DNA of 64,000 nucleotides. Source: a bacterium. Lineage in GTDB: Bacteria > Bacillota_I > Bacilli_A > RF39 > UBA660. The notes under the pieces were generated by a model. It ran no database searches and had not been told where the DNA came from. It saw only the letters and a program-made list of their open reading frames with translations. Below are positions 48,109-58,260 of this stretch, one piece after another. The stretch covers positions 150 through 64,149 of the forward strand of contig JAQXOT010000023.1 in the NCBI GenBank assembly GCA_029099845.1, written 5' to 3'. The position numbers and the translations under genes are program-made. Numbering within the stretch: position 1 is the stretch's first letter; each line of letters begins with the position of its first letter.

Positions 48109-48846
48109 ATGGGAAAACTAACATCAAAAGAAACAAAAATTATTTCCTCTGTCCTAGCAACTTGGGGTCTACTTTTTGTTGGAAGTGGGCTAACAATGAA
48201 AGAAATGCAGGAACCAACAAAGATCGTTAAAAGTGACTTAGAAATAATCCAAAAAAGAGTTTCCGAAACCAAGACAAATGAAATTAAATTAAAAGATATG
48301 GAATTAGAAATAAATAAACCATTAAGCGTCAATGTTAAAGACTATCTTGCTAACCTTGAAGAAATAGATTTAAGTATAGTCAAAAATCTAAAATTAGATA
48401 CTTCAATGGTAAATCCAACGCAAGTAGGAGAATATACTTATACCATTGCTTACGAAAAGAAAAAATACAATGGAACTTTTAAAATTAAAGAAAAAGAACT
48501 ACCAAAAGTAGAATTAACAGTAAAAGACTTTAAATTAGCCCTTAATTCTCCATTAAAAGCTAATCCAGAAGACTTATCAACTTACATTGAAGAAGAATTA
48601 ACAGATGAAGTAAAAAATAATATCACCATAGACTTATCACAAGTAAGAACTGATCAAGAAGGAATATATGATTATACAGTTACATATAACGGAACAATTT
48701 ATAAAGGGAAAATTGAAGTTTATCAACCACAAACTAAAATAATTACACCAAATCAGATAGAAGAAAATAATGAAAAAACCAAAACAGAACAAGAAAAAGA
48801 TACTACACAAGATGAAAAAATAACTACCGAAAATAGTATTAATTAA
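48109..48846 (+). CDS. Membrane-anchored protein with two tandem Ig-like repeats
   Basis: Repeats LDTSMVNPTQVGEYTYTIAY and IDLSQVRTDQEGIYDYTVTY. Confidence 0.75.
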   Translation: MGKLTSKETKIISSVLATWGLLFVGSGLTMKEMQEPTKIVKSDLEIIQKRVSETKTNEIKLKDMELEINKPLSVNVKDYLANLEEIDLSIVKNLKLDTSMVNPTQVGEYTYTIAYEKKKYNGTFKIKEKELPKVELTVKDFKLALNSPLKANPEDLSTYIEEELTDEVKNNITIDLSQVRTDQEGIYDYTVTYNGTIYKGKIEVYQPQTKIITPNQIEENNEKTKTEQEKDTTQDEKITTENSIN

Positions 48847-48935
48847 TGTAAAAAAGAGTAAAAGGCTCTTTTTTATTTTCAAATTTATTGATAATTTTTA
48901 ACAAGACGAGTATCCTAAAAATAGGAGGAAAATAA

Positions 48936-50012
48936 ATGGAAAATAAATTACGTGTAGTACAATATGGTACTGGAAAAATGTCAGCTTATACCATGAAATA
49001 TGTGTATGAAAAAGGAGCTGAAATCGTTGGTGCAATCGATATAAATCCAAAAGTAATTGGTAAAGATATTGGTGAAATTATAGGTTGTGAAGAAAAAGGA
49101 ATTAAAGTTACTTCCATAGAAAATGCTGAAAGCTTACTAAAAGAACTAAAACCTGATGTTTGTATTGTTACGACTATGAGTTTACTAAATGATGTAAAAG
49201 ATGCACTATTGCTATGTGCAAAACTTGGAATTAATGCCATCACTACTTGTGAAGAAGCCTTTTTTTCATATAATTCCAACCCAAATGTTACTAAAGAAAT
49301 AGATGAATTAGCAAAGAAGAATAATTGTACGATTGCTGGTTCTGGCTATCAAGATATTTATTGGGGAGAATTAATAAGTGCAATAGCTGCCTCAACCCAT
49401 AATATTACTAAAATTAAAGGTAGCTCATCATATAATGTAGAAGATTATGGAATCGCCCTTGCAGAAGCTCATGGTGCTGGATTAACATTAGAAGAATTTG
49501 ATAAAAAAATTGCCAGTGTTGACCGTATAAGTAAAGAAGAAAGAACAGCCTTAATTGAAAGTGGAACATACTCTCCATCATATATGTGGAATGTTAATGG
49601 ATGGTTAGCTAGAAAACTTGGTTTAACCGTAACTAGTCAATCTCAAAAATGTGTACCAACAACATATAAAAAAGATATTGATTCTAAAACTTTAAATATG
49701 ACAGTAAAACAAGGTGATGCCACTGGTATGAGTGCTATTGTCACAACCGAAACTGCTGAAGGAATTACAATTGAAAGCGAATGTATTGGCAAAGTATATG
49801 GTCCAGATGAATTTGATAAAAATGAATGGACAGTTATGGGAGAACCTGATACTACAATTGTTGTAAATCGCCCTGCTACAGTAGAATTAACTTGTGCAAC
49901 TATAGTTAACCGCTTACCAGATGTAGTAAATGCACGTCCTGGCTTTGTACCAACTTGCGATATGGATGAATTAATGTATCGTACAAAAGCTTTAAATACT
50001 TATGTAAGATAA
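48936..50012 (+). CDS. DapB-like / 2,4-diaminopentanoate (amine) dehydrogenase family oxidoreductase
   Basis: N-terminal Rossmann VVQYGTGKMS, ITTCEE, TCATIVNRLPDVVNARPG. Confidence 0.78.
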   Translation: MENKLRVVQYGTGKMSAYTMKYVYEKGAEIVGAIDINPKVIGKDIGEIIGCEEKGIKVTSIENAESLLKELKPDVCIVTTMSLLNDVKDALLLCAKLGINAITTCEEAFFSYNSNPNVTKEIDELAKKNNCTIAGSGYQDIYWGELISAIAASTHNITKIKGSSSYNVEDYGIALAEAHGAGLTLEEFDKKIASVDRISKEERTALIESGTYSPSYMWNVNGWLARKLGLTVTSQSQKCVPTTYKKDIDSKTLNMTVKQGDATGMSAIVTTETAEGITIESECIGKVYGPDEFDKNEWTVMGEPDTTIVVNRPATVELTCATIVNRLPDVVNARPGFVPTCDMDELMYRTKALNTYVR

Positions 50013-50067
50013 AAAAGCACTAAAGTGCTTTTTTTATTGAAAGAATTTATAATTTTTTAATCATTTT

Positions 50068-51684
50068 CTAATCAAGACCTACAATTAAATCATCAACTAA
50101 ATCAATTTTTTCATAATTAGGAACAACCGGTAAACCTGGCATAGTAACTATATCACCAAGTAATACAGTAACAAACTCCGCCCCATTATATAAAAAGACA
50201 TCTTGTACCATTACCGAAAAATCACAAGGAGCTCCTAATTTTTTAGGATCATCAGAAAATGAATATGGTGTTTTAGCAATACAAACAGGAAACTGTGAAC
50301 AACTACTTGCAAGTCTCTCCAACTTTTCCCTTGCCAATACACTATACTCAACTTTTTTAGCTCTATATATCTCCTTACATATTTTTTCTATTTTTTTATC
50401 CAAAGGAAGACTATCTTCATACAACAACTCAAAATGATTTTTACTAAGACAACCTTGAACTACCTTTTTTGCCAAATCAATAGCACCACAACCACCATCA
50501 ATATAAGCAGTACTAATCGAAAATAAAACACCATATTTTTGGCAATATTCCTCTACTAACTTAATCTCACTGTCTAAATCATTTGCATATTTATTTAAGC
50601 AAACAACAATAGAAACACCATATTTCTTTAAATTTTCTATATGACGACCTAAATTTTCTAATCCCAAAGATAACGCCTCATAATTTTCCTCACTAATACA
50701 GTCCTTTGAAACTCCCCCGTTATACTTTAATGACTTTAATGTTGCAACAAGAACAGTACAATCAGGTACAATCCCCGCCTTCCGGCACTTTATATCAAAA
50801 AATTTTTCAGCTCCCAAATCAGCTCCAAAACCAGCTTCCGTAATAACATAATCGCCTAAACTCATCCCAAGTTTAGTTGCAACAACCGTGTTACACCCAT
50901 GCGCAATATTAGCAAATGGTCCGCCATGAATAATAACAGGTGTATGTTCCAAAGTTTGGACCAAATTAGGAAGAAAAGCATCCTTTAAAATAACAGTAAG
51001 AGCCCCTTCAATATTTAAATCTCGTGCATATACACACTTTCCACTACTATTGTAGCCAATAACTATATTACCTAATCTACGCTTTAAATCTTCTAAAGAA
51101 CTAGCCAAACAAAAAATAGCCATTATTTCACTTGCCGCCGTTATTGAAAAACTTTCACTGCGATCATTCAAGAAAACTTTTCTTAAAGCACGATCATTGA
51201 CATCTAAGCACCGTTTAAAAACAACATCAGAAATATCAAGTTGATTACCATGAAAAATATGATTATCAATAGCAGCACATAATAAATCATTAGCCGCTGT
51301 TATCGCATGAAAATCACCAGTAAAATGCAAATTAATATCTTCCATTGGAATAACCTGACTATAACCACCACCTGTAGCACCACCCTTAATTCCAAAAACT
51401 GGCCCCATTGAAGGCTCTCTTAAAACAACAACAGGATTATTATCAAGCATACTCAAAGCATCCCCTAAGCCAATACTAACAGTTGTTTTTCCCTCACCAT
51501 ATGGTGTTGGATTGACTGCAGTAACCAAAACTAATTTTGCTTTTTTATCAAACGAAGAAGTCTTAATTTTTGCTTTATCATAACCATAAAGTATTAAATC
51601 ATCAGCACTAATACCAAGCTTAGATGCAATACCTCGTATATCCTCTTTTTCCGCCCTTTGAGCAATCTCTATATCCCTCATCAT
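50068..51684 (-). CDS. fhs: Formate--tetrahydrofolate ligase
   Basis: PTPYGEGKTT, GIKGGATGGGY, HGGPFANIAHG, TEAGFGADLG. Confidence 0.98.
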   Translation of the reverse strand: MMRDIEIAQRAEKEDIRGIASKLGISADDLILYGYDKAKIKTSSFDKKAKLVLVTAVNPTPYGEGKTTVSIGLGDALSMLDNNPVVVLREPSMGPVFGIKGGATGGGYSQVIPMEDINLHFTGDFHAITAANDLLCAAIDNHIFHGNQLDISDVVFKRCLDVNDRALRKVFLNDRSESFSITAASEIMAIFCLASSLEDLKRRLGNIVIGYNSSGKCVYARDLNIEGALTVILKDAFLPNLVQTLEHTPVIIHGGPFANIAHGCNTVVATKLGMSLGDYVITEAGFGADLGAEKFFDIKCRKAGIVPDCTVLVATLKSLKYNGGVSKDCISEENYEALSLGLENLGRHIENLKKYGVSIVVCLNKYANDLDSEIKLVEEYCQKYGVLFSISTAYIDGGCGAIDLAKKVVQGCLSKNHFELLYEDSLPLDKKIEKICKEIYRAKKVEYSVLAREKLERLASSCSQFPVCIAKTPYSFSDDPKKLGAPCDFSVMVQDVFLYNGAEFVTVLLGDIVTMPGLPVVPNYEKIDLVDDLIVGLD

Positions 51685-51929
51685 AATAATCACCAAATAA
51701 ATACTTATTTTATAAATTTCCTTTCTTAAAGCACAAAATAATTGCCAAAATTAATATAATTATACATCAAACTTGAATAATCAAAAATATAAATAAATAA
51801 AAAAATAAAAACTAATTACTAAAAATTGAAAATTTATTTAAAAAAAACTAAAAAAATTAAAAATCCATAATTTGCCTCTCCAAGATGAAACTGCTATTAT
51901 CGTAAGCGTTAAGAAAAAGGAGGCAAAAT

Positions 51930-53390
51930 ATGAAAAAAATAATAATTTTCTTAATAACATTACTAATACTTATCCCTAAAAGCGTATTTGCTATGACAAC
52001 AAATTTTTTTGAAGGAGAATATATTGAAAACGTCTGGATAAATAAAATTACACCTGATAGAAAAACAATTTATTATCAAAAAGCTCGAATATTTAGAGAA
52101 AAAAGCAGTAATACCATAGCCTATTGTATAGAACCTTTCACCATGTTTAAAGAAGATAATACCTATGAAGAAAAAAGTTTAGATAATCTAACTGAAAGTC
52201 AAAAAGAGCGAATAAAATATCTCGTATATCTAGGATATGGTTATAAAGACAAAACCGATGAAATTTGGTATGCTGTAACTCAACTTCTCATCTGGCAAAC
52301 AGTCGAACCAAATGGTACCTATTATTTTACAGACTCCCTAAATGGTAAAAAAACAGACCAATATCAAAATCTAATAGACAAATTAAATACTGATATAAAA
52401 AATTATCAAAATAACACCTCATTTAAAAATGAATATAACTTAACATATGGAGAAAAATTAGAAATAATTGATGAAAATAGTTATAACACTGAATATAGTA
52501 CCGATAACCAAAATGTATCCATAATAAATAACAAAATAATTATCGAAAATTTACCAGTTGGAGAACATCAAATTACTATAAACAAAATTGAAAAAAATTA
52601 TGATCGCAAAATTCTATTCTTCACCTCACCTACCAGTCAAAATTTAGTAACTTTAGGTAATCTAGAAAAACAAGAAATCATACTAAATATAAAAGTTAAA
52701 GATACCAGTGTAAATATCACCAAACTAGACTATGATACAAATTCCATAATACCAACTGGCGATGCTAAATTAGAGGGAACAATTTACAAATTATATGATC
52801 AAAATCAAAAAGAAATAAGCCAATTAGAAATAGATAGTACATCAACAGCTAGTATTAAAAATCTGCCAATTGGCAAATACTACCTAAAAGAATATAAAGC
52901 TGGAGAAGGATACAATCTAGACGAAAATATATATGAATTTGAACTAACAAAAGAAAAACCCGAAATAAATATATATCTTAAAAATAAAATTATAAAAGGG
53001 CTATTAAATATAAATAAAGTCTACGTAAAAAATGAAGAAGAATATATAGAACCAAATATTACATTTAATATTTATGACAGTAAAAATAACTTATTTAAAA
53101 CAATAACCACAGATATAAATGGACATGCCCAAATTGAACTTCCCTATGGAATCTATAGCATAAAACAACAAAATACTACTGAAGGATACCAATACATAGA
53201 ACCATTCACTGTCATCATAAACACTAATCAAGAACTTACTTATAATCTAAAAGATTATCAAATTGAAGTTCCCAATACATATATAGAAAATAAACCAAAT
53301 AAATTATTAAATATAATAAAAAAAATACTAAAATTATTAGGGCAAATATATGATAATAAAATTACTATTACTACTACTTTCCTTAGTTAA
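51930..53390 (+). CDS. Thioester-domain (TED/TQXA) surface adhesin with SpaA/CnaB stalk
   Basis: Signal peptide, AYCIEP, VTQLLIW, SQNLV, E-box-like YYLKEYKAGEGY, VPNT motif; adjacent to a sortase. Confidence 0.8.
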   Translation: MKKIIIFLITLLILIPKSVFAMTTNFFEGEYIENVWINKITPDRKTIYYQKARIFREKSSNTIAYCIEPFTMFKEDNTYEEKSLDNLTESQKERIKYLVYLGYGYKDKTDEIWYAVTQLLIWQTVEPNGTYYFTDSLNGKKTDQYQNLIDKLNTDIKNYQNNTSFKNEYNLTYGEKLEIIDENSYNTEYSTDNQNVSIINNKIIIENLPVGEHQITINKIEKNYDRKILFFTSPTSQNLVTLGNLEKQEIILNIKVKDTSVNITKLDYDTNSIIPTGDAKLEGTIYKLYDQNQKEISQLEIDSTSTASIKNLPIGKYYLKEYKAGEGYNLDENIYEFELTKEKPEINIYLKNKIIKGLLNINKVYVKNEEEYIEPNITFNIYDSKNNLFKTITTDINGHAQIELPYGIYSIKQQNTTEGYQYIEPFTVIINTNQELTYNLKDYQIEVPNTYIENKPNKLLNIIKKILKLLGQIYDNKITITTTFLS

Positions 53391-53877
53391 AATAAAAGAA
53401 CCCGTCAAGATAGTACCAGCAATAACTTCAAATTATCAAATACCTATTAAAGAAGAAAAAAAAGAAAAGAAACAATATGAATCACCAATTGGATATATAA
53501 AAATAGAATCTATAAATTTGTTCAATAAATTATATAATCCTAATAGTAAATTAAATAATATTGAAGAAAATATTACTATACTAAAAGCATCTCAAGACAT
53601 AGAAAGTACAAATAGCCTAATTGTTCTAGCCGCCCACTCAGGTGAAGGTAAAATAGCCTATTTCAATAATTTAGACCAACTAACTATAAATGAAGAAATT
53701 ACTTTAAATTATTACAATCATAATTATACATATATTATTACAAATATTTTTGAAGAAGAAAAAACAGGATATATAAAAATTGCTAAAACAAACGAAAGTC
53801 AATTAATATTAACAACGTGTAGTACCAGCAATAAAAATAAGCAATTAATAATTGAAAGCAAATTAAAAGAACCTTAA
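53350..53877 (+). CDS. Sortase (atypical: Gln at the usual catalytic Arg position)
   Basis: LAAHSG...FNNL and LILTTC motifs. Confidence 0.85.
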   Translation: MIIKLLLLLLSLVKIKEPVKIVPAITSNYQIPIKEEKKEKKQYESPIGYIKIESINLFNKLYNPNSKLNNIEENITILKASQDIESTNSLIVLAAHSGEGKIAYFNNLDQLTINEEITLNYYNHNYTYIITNIFEEEKTGYIKIAKTNESQLILTTCSTSNKNKQLIIESKLKEP

Positions 53878-53887
53878 CTAGGTTCTT

Positions 53888-55138
53888 TTATTCCCCAAGA
53901 ATTGCTAAAGCGCGTCTAAATTGTGTATCATTATCACCCAAAACAGTATATAAATCATCTTCCTGTCCTACTTCTTCATCAGGCGTAACGCCAATTCCAT
54001 CTAACCAAACACCGCTAGATGTTAACCATCTTTGTGTCGTATATTTTAAGCTAGAACCAGTAGATAACTGAATAGCATTTTGAATAGTCCCCTTGCCATA
54101 AGACTGAAGTCCAACTATTGTTGCCCTATCATAATTTTCCTGAAAACAAGAAGCCAAAATTTCTGAAGCTGAAGCAGAATTATAATTAATCAAAACAACA
54201 ATATCATAATCCCGTTTTTCTTTACCACTAGAATAAACTTTTTCTGTTGTATCTTTCGTTCCAATTTGATATAACACAGTTTTCTTATCAAAGAATAAAG
54301 ATAAAATTTTATTTACTTGGCTTAAATGTCCACCAAGGTTATCTCTTACATCAATAATTAAACTATCTATGTTATCCTCTTCTAATTTTCTTAATTGCTT
54401 ATCAAACTGTGAATACGTATTAGCCGCAAAAGTATCAATATCAATATATCCAATCTTTTTCTCAGCATAATCGATAACTTGACTATTAACCGAAGGGATA
54501 ATTACTGTTCCTCTAGTAAGGGTAACAGTCTTTTCTTCATCATTACGCAAAACTTTAATTTTAACTTTTGTATCAATATCACCAATAAGTAAAGCAGAAA
54601 GTTCTGATAATTGATATCCAACAACATTAGTATCTCCAACACTTAAAATAATATCTCCAACTTGTAGCCCACTTTTTTCAGCTGGACTATCATCAAATAT
54701 TTCAATAATAGAGTTCCCACTTTCAGAGTAACTAATCGTTGCTCCAATACCAACATAACTACCATCAACACGTTGATTAAAATCAAAAGTTTCATTCTCA
54801 TCCATATAATAAGAGTAGGAATCATCCAAGGAACCAACCATTCCATTAATTGCTGCATTAACTAAAGTTTCCTCATCAACACCATCATAATAATTATCAA
54901 CAATACCTTCATAAGTATCCACCAACTCTTGTACATACAAAGAATCGTTTGTTCTAACAAAACCCTTTCCATAAGCAAGAATACAACCAACAATTATTCC
55001 AAATAATATAGCAATTACTACTACAACAATAACTTCAACAATATTAAAAGAAACGCTATCCTCAGAACGCCAAAGCTTCTTCCACCACTTTTTAAAACGT
55101 CCTGTAATCTTTCCCTTATTTTTTTTCTTTGCTTCCAT
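53888..55138 (-). CDS. S41A carboxy-terminal processing peptidase (CtpA/CtpB-like)
   Basis: TM helix, PDZ (GIGA...SPAEKSGL), DVRDNLGG, SASASEI, GKG. Confidence 0.92.
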   Translation of the reverse strand: MEAKKKNKGKITGRFKKWWKKLWRSEDSVSFNIVEVIVVVVIAILFGIIVGCILAYGKGFVRTNDSLYVQELVDTYEGIVDNYYDGVDEETLVNAAINGMVGSLDDSYSYYMDENETFDFNQRVDGSYVGIGATISYSESGNSIIEIFDDSPAEKSGLQVGDIILSVGDTNVVGYQLSELSALLIGDIDTKVKIKVLRNDEEKTVTLTRGTVIIPSVNSQVIDYAEKKIGYIDIDTFAANTYSQFDKQLRKLEEDNIDSLIIDVRDNLGGHLSQVNKILSLFFDKKTVLYQIGTKDTTEKVYSSGKEKRDYDIVVLINYNSASASEILASCFQENYDRATIVGLQSYGKGTIQNAIQLSTGSSLKYTTQRWLTSSGVWLDGIGVTPDEEVGQEDDLYTVLGDNDTQFRRALAILGE

Positions 55139-55242
55139 AATATCACCTCAGTATATTCTATTAATAGAATACCATAATAAAACCAAAATTAAAACTGAAA
55201 CTTAAGAAAAAGAAAAAGACTAAACAGTCTTTTACAATAAAA

Positions 55243-55770
55243 TTATTTCAAAATAGCTTCAATATTTTCTATACCTTCAACATACCTATCAATCTGGTTA
55301 TTACTAAATTTAATAAGCGTTGGTCCTGCTATTTTTAAATCGGCTGCCTTAGTTGCTAAACTATTGCCTGAATCACTATTAAATGCCGAATTCAAAGCAT
55401 TAGACATATCAACAGTATAAAGATAAATTTCTGGATTTGAAGCACGATAACTAGAAACTAAAGAAGCCATTTCACTAGATACATCCTCATCGGCAGTTTC
55501 ATAATATAAAACATAATATTCTGAATCATTAATAGAAAAACTTGTTCCAACTAAAACTTCATCATGCTGAATTTCAACAACATCTTCATCACCTTTACTA
55601 GAACTAGTATCATCATCCAAAATTATAACTGTCAACAAATAAAATAAAGCAAAAAGAATCAATACTATAACAGTAATAAGAAGAAAATTTTTTCCTTCCT
55701 TAGATCCATCTTTTGTTTCAATATTTTTTTTCTCTACATTTTTTTTAATATTAACTTTTTTCTTTGCCAT
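55243..55770 (-). CDS. Hypothetical single-TM protein, possible thioredoxin-like fold lacking CxxC
   Basis: YYVLYY...YTVDM...GPTLIKF...YVEG pattern. Confidence 0.65.
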   Translation of the reverse strand: MAKKKVNIKKNVEKKNIETKDGSKEGKNFLLITVIVLILFALFYLLTVIILDDDTSSSKGDEDVVEIQHDEVLVGTSFSINDSEYYVLYYETADEDVSSEMASLVSSYRASNPEIYLYTVDMSNALNSAFNSDSGNSLATKAADLKIAGPTLIKFSNNQIDRYVEGIENIEAILK

Positions 55771-55828
55771 AATATCACCAAAAACATTATATCATAAGGA
55801 AAAAAAAATAAAAAGGATTATCTCCTTT

Positions 55829-56824
55829 TTATTTCATAGTTGGCAAAACATTTATAGATTGAGCAATTTCAATAAGTTCATCCTGCTCTAAAACATCACT
55901 AACAATATAATACTCAATTCCATTACTAGTCCAAGACAACGAATTACTAGTCATAACGCCTAACGTATCCATCAATTGATAAGGTTCACCATAAGTAGGA
56001 ATAACCGTAAATTCCTCTAAAGTTGTCGCCGTTTCCTCAACTAATAAGAAAGGCTTATCACCATCAAATGTCATAATAACTCTCTCACCAACATCTTTTT
56101 TTACCTTTTCTTCACTTATTAATTTTGTTCCCTCAGGAATTACTAAAGGATAGATAGCCTCATCAAGCCCCATAACCTCTTCTGTTGCATCAGACGAAAC
56201 TGTATAAGTACTCATAATTGCATCCAATTCAAAATAATCATCTTTAAATGTTGGCGAATAATCAATATCATTAAATTTCATCGACATATAAACAATATTA
56301 TTTTCATCATAAACTTTTACCGTCTTAATATTTAATTTACTATCAAGTTCTATTGTTTGACTAACTAATTTCTTATTATTAGGATAATTAACATTAGTAG
56401 AAAAAGCATAACCATCATCAATTTCTTTAAAATTCCTATTTTCACTATTTTTAATGTCATTTAATAAAGCCCCTAATAAATATATCTGTGAATTACTATA
56501 TGGCCAATCACTTTGAAACTTAAAGCTTTTATTTAAAGATGGAGTAAGAACATAAACTCCCTCCTCATTCTTCAAAATAATCTGAGTATGACTATTAGCA
56601 ATATTAGTTAAACAAACTTTATAAAAATCTCCTTTCTTATAACTAACATCAACTTCATAATTATAAACATCTTCATTATTAACTATTTCCAAATTTCCTG
56701 AAAGCCTATAGGCACTAGCCTTGTCTATCTTCTTTTCTAAATCTTTAATAACATCATTTTCGCTATATTTACCACAACCACACAAAATTAAAACCATAGA
56801 TAATAAAATAAATACTTTTTTCAT
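55829..56824 (-). CDS. ydcC: YdcC (LolA-fold) sporulation lipoprotein
   Basis: LCGC lipobox; QIILKNEEGVYVLTPSLNKSFKFQSDWP...SQIYL; upstream CATATAAT sigma-E-like -10 at 56852-59. Confidence 0.8.
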   Translation of the reverse strand: MKKVFILLSMVLILCGCGKYSENDVIKDLEKKIDKASAYRLSGNLEIVNNEDVYNYEVDVSYKKGDFYKVCLTNIANSHTQIILKNEEGVYVLTPSLNKSFKFQSDWPYSNSQIYLLGALLNDIKNSENRNFKEIDDGYAFSTNVNYPNNKKLVSQTIELDSKLNIKTVKVYDENNIVYMSMKFNDIDYSPTFKDDYFELDAIMSTYTVSSDATEEVMGLDEAIYPLVIPEGTKLISEEKVKKDVGERVIMTFDGDKPFLLVEETATTLEEFTVIPTYGEPYQLMDTLGVMTSNSLSWTSNGIEYYIVSDVLEQDELIEIAQSINVLPTMK

Positions 56825-56904
56825 AACTCACCCCATATTAAATTCTAATTAATTATATGAAAAAAATATAACAATATTACAAAAAAAGAATAGCCTTCAA
56901 ATAG

Positions 56905-58260
56905 CTATTCTTCAGTAACCCTAATTTTTACTTCTTTAGTTTTTGCTTTATAAATAAGTCGAACATCATCACCAGTAACAACAACTTTTACTTGATGCTC
57001 CCCAACACCATAGTTGGTTAAGTCAACATATGCTTTAATAGAAGAAGAATCAAGCTTCTCAATAATATCAGCACTACCAGAAACAACTACTGTAATCATA
57101 CTATCCTCTTGTGATAAAGCTTGTGCCTTATAACCAGCTGAAAGATTTTCCGCACTTACTCTTATATTTTCAAATTCTTTAGTTATAGAATTATCAACAA
57201 CGACCTTAACTTTGATATTTTTAACACTCAAATCTGTAATTCCCGCTGGCTTTTTCAATGTAACATTAAAATCCTTACTACTTTCTAAGCCATCAACATC
57301 AACTTCAACTTCAAGTGATGATAACTTTTCAACAGAAGCCTCATCCCCGTAAACAACAACTGAAGTTATTTCACTATCAATAGATTTAATTGCTTTACCA
57401 ACAGCTAAAGTACCCTTAGGAACAATTTTAACTGGGATTTCTTTACGAGGAGAAGAAATAGTAAGCTTAGCATCTACTGCCTTTGGAACAATCTCAACAT
57501 CGATAATTTTACCATCAGTATCATAAGCAACTAAAGGAACATTTCTAACCGTAACATCACCAGCTTCAGGATTAGGAATCTCATTAACATCAATCAACGC
57601 TTTAACGGTAGCCACCTGATCTAACTTATATTTAGCACCTTTAACAATTACATCCGTCCTATCAAGTTCAACATTTTTAATTGATAATTTACTATCTAAA
57701 TCATCTTGATGCAATATATCATAAGTTAAACTTCTTGTATCACTTTCTTTATCATAAATTTTAACTGTTATTTTAGAAGGATCCAATTTATAATCCAAAG
57801 ACTTTAACCTTTGTGTATACTTCAAAGTTACTTCATGTGTTCCAGGTTTTAATCCAGTTAAGTCAACTGAAACATTTTTAGAAGGTGACTGTTTAGCTAA
57901 AAAGATATGACGTCTTTGCCCAACCAAAGTAATATCAACAACTTCAGGAATTCCCTCAACAACATACAATTCCTCATTATAAATAGCTGTAACCGGCTGA
58001 TTTTCAAGTATCTCAGCATATTGATCAATCATAATATCAGACTCCTGATCAACAATTATAAATACCGCAAAAGCCAGTGCCAAGCTAATAATTAATAAAG
58101 TAGACTTCTTACCAAGAATCCTATCAAAATTTTTAGAATTATTCTTAAAAAAATCAGTAATAAGTAAAACCAATTTAGTTATTGGAGTAATAACCCACTT
58201 ATCAAAGAACGTTCCTATATGACGTATAATGCGCCCAATACCCTTAAACATCTTCTTCAT
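56905..58260 (-). CDS. cdaR: CdaR (YbbR-domain) diadenylate cyclase regulator
   Basis: TM helix plus repeated YbbR-like domains (VDLTGLKPGTHEV, YVDLTNYGVGEHQV); overlaps cdaA. Confidence 0.87.
   Translation of the reverse strand: MKKMFKGIGRIIRHIGTFFDKWVITPITKLVLLITDFFKNNSKNFDRILGKKSTLLIISLALAFAVFIIVDQESDIMIDQYAEILENQPVTAIYNEELYVVEGIPEVVDITLVGQRRHIFLAKQSPSKNVSVDLTGLKPGTHEVTLKYTQRLKSLDYKLDPSKITVKIYDKESDTRSLTYDILHQDDLDSKLSIKNVELDRTDVIVKGAKYKLDQVATVKALIDVNEIPNPEAGDVTVRNVPLVAYDTDGKIIDVEIVPKAVDAKLTISSPRKEIPVKIVPKGTLAVGKAIKSIDSEITSVVVYGDEASVEKLSSLEVEVDVDGLESSKDFNVTLKKPAGITDLSVKNIKVKVVVDNSITKEFENIRVSAENLSAGYKAQALSQEDSMITVVVSGSADIIEKLDSSSIKAYVDLTNYGVGEHQVKVVVTGDDVRLIYKAKTKEVKIRVTEE

Noticed and set aside
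51700-51870. Riboswitch (ZTP or THF) or leader peptide upstream of fhs
   Set aside because: The region is very AT-rich with no conserved riboswitch motifs, and the short frames lack an RBS.
51871-51927. 8-bp inverted repeat (TTTGCCTC / GAGGCAAA) flanking the adhesin promoter as a possible invertible switch
   Set aside because: The arms coincide with the -35 box and the RBS, are short for an inverton, and no recombinase is in the window. Read-orientation data would be needed.
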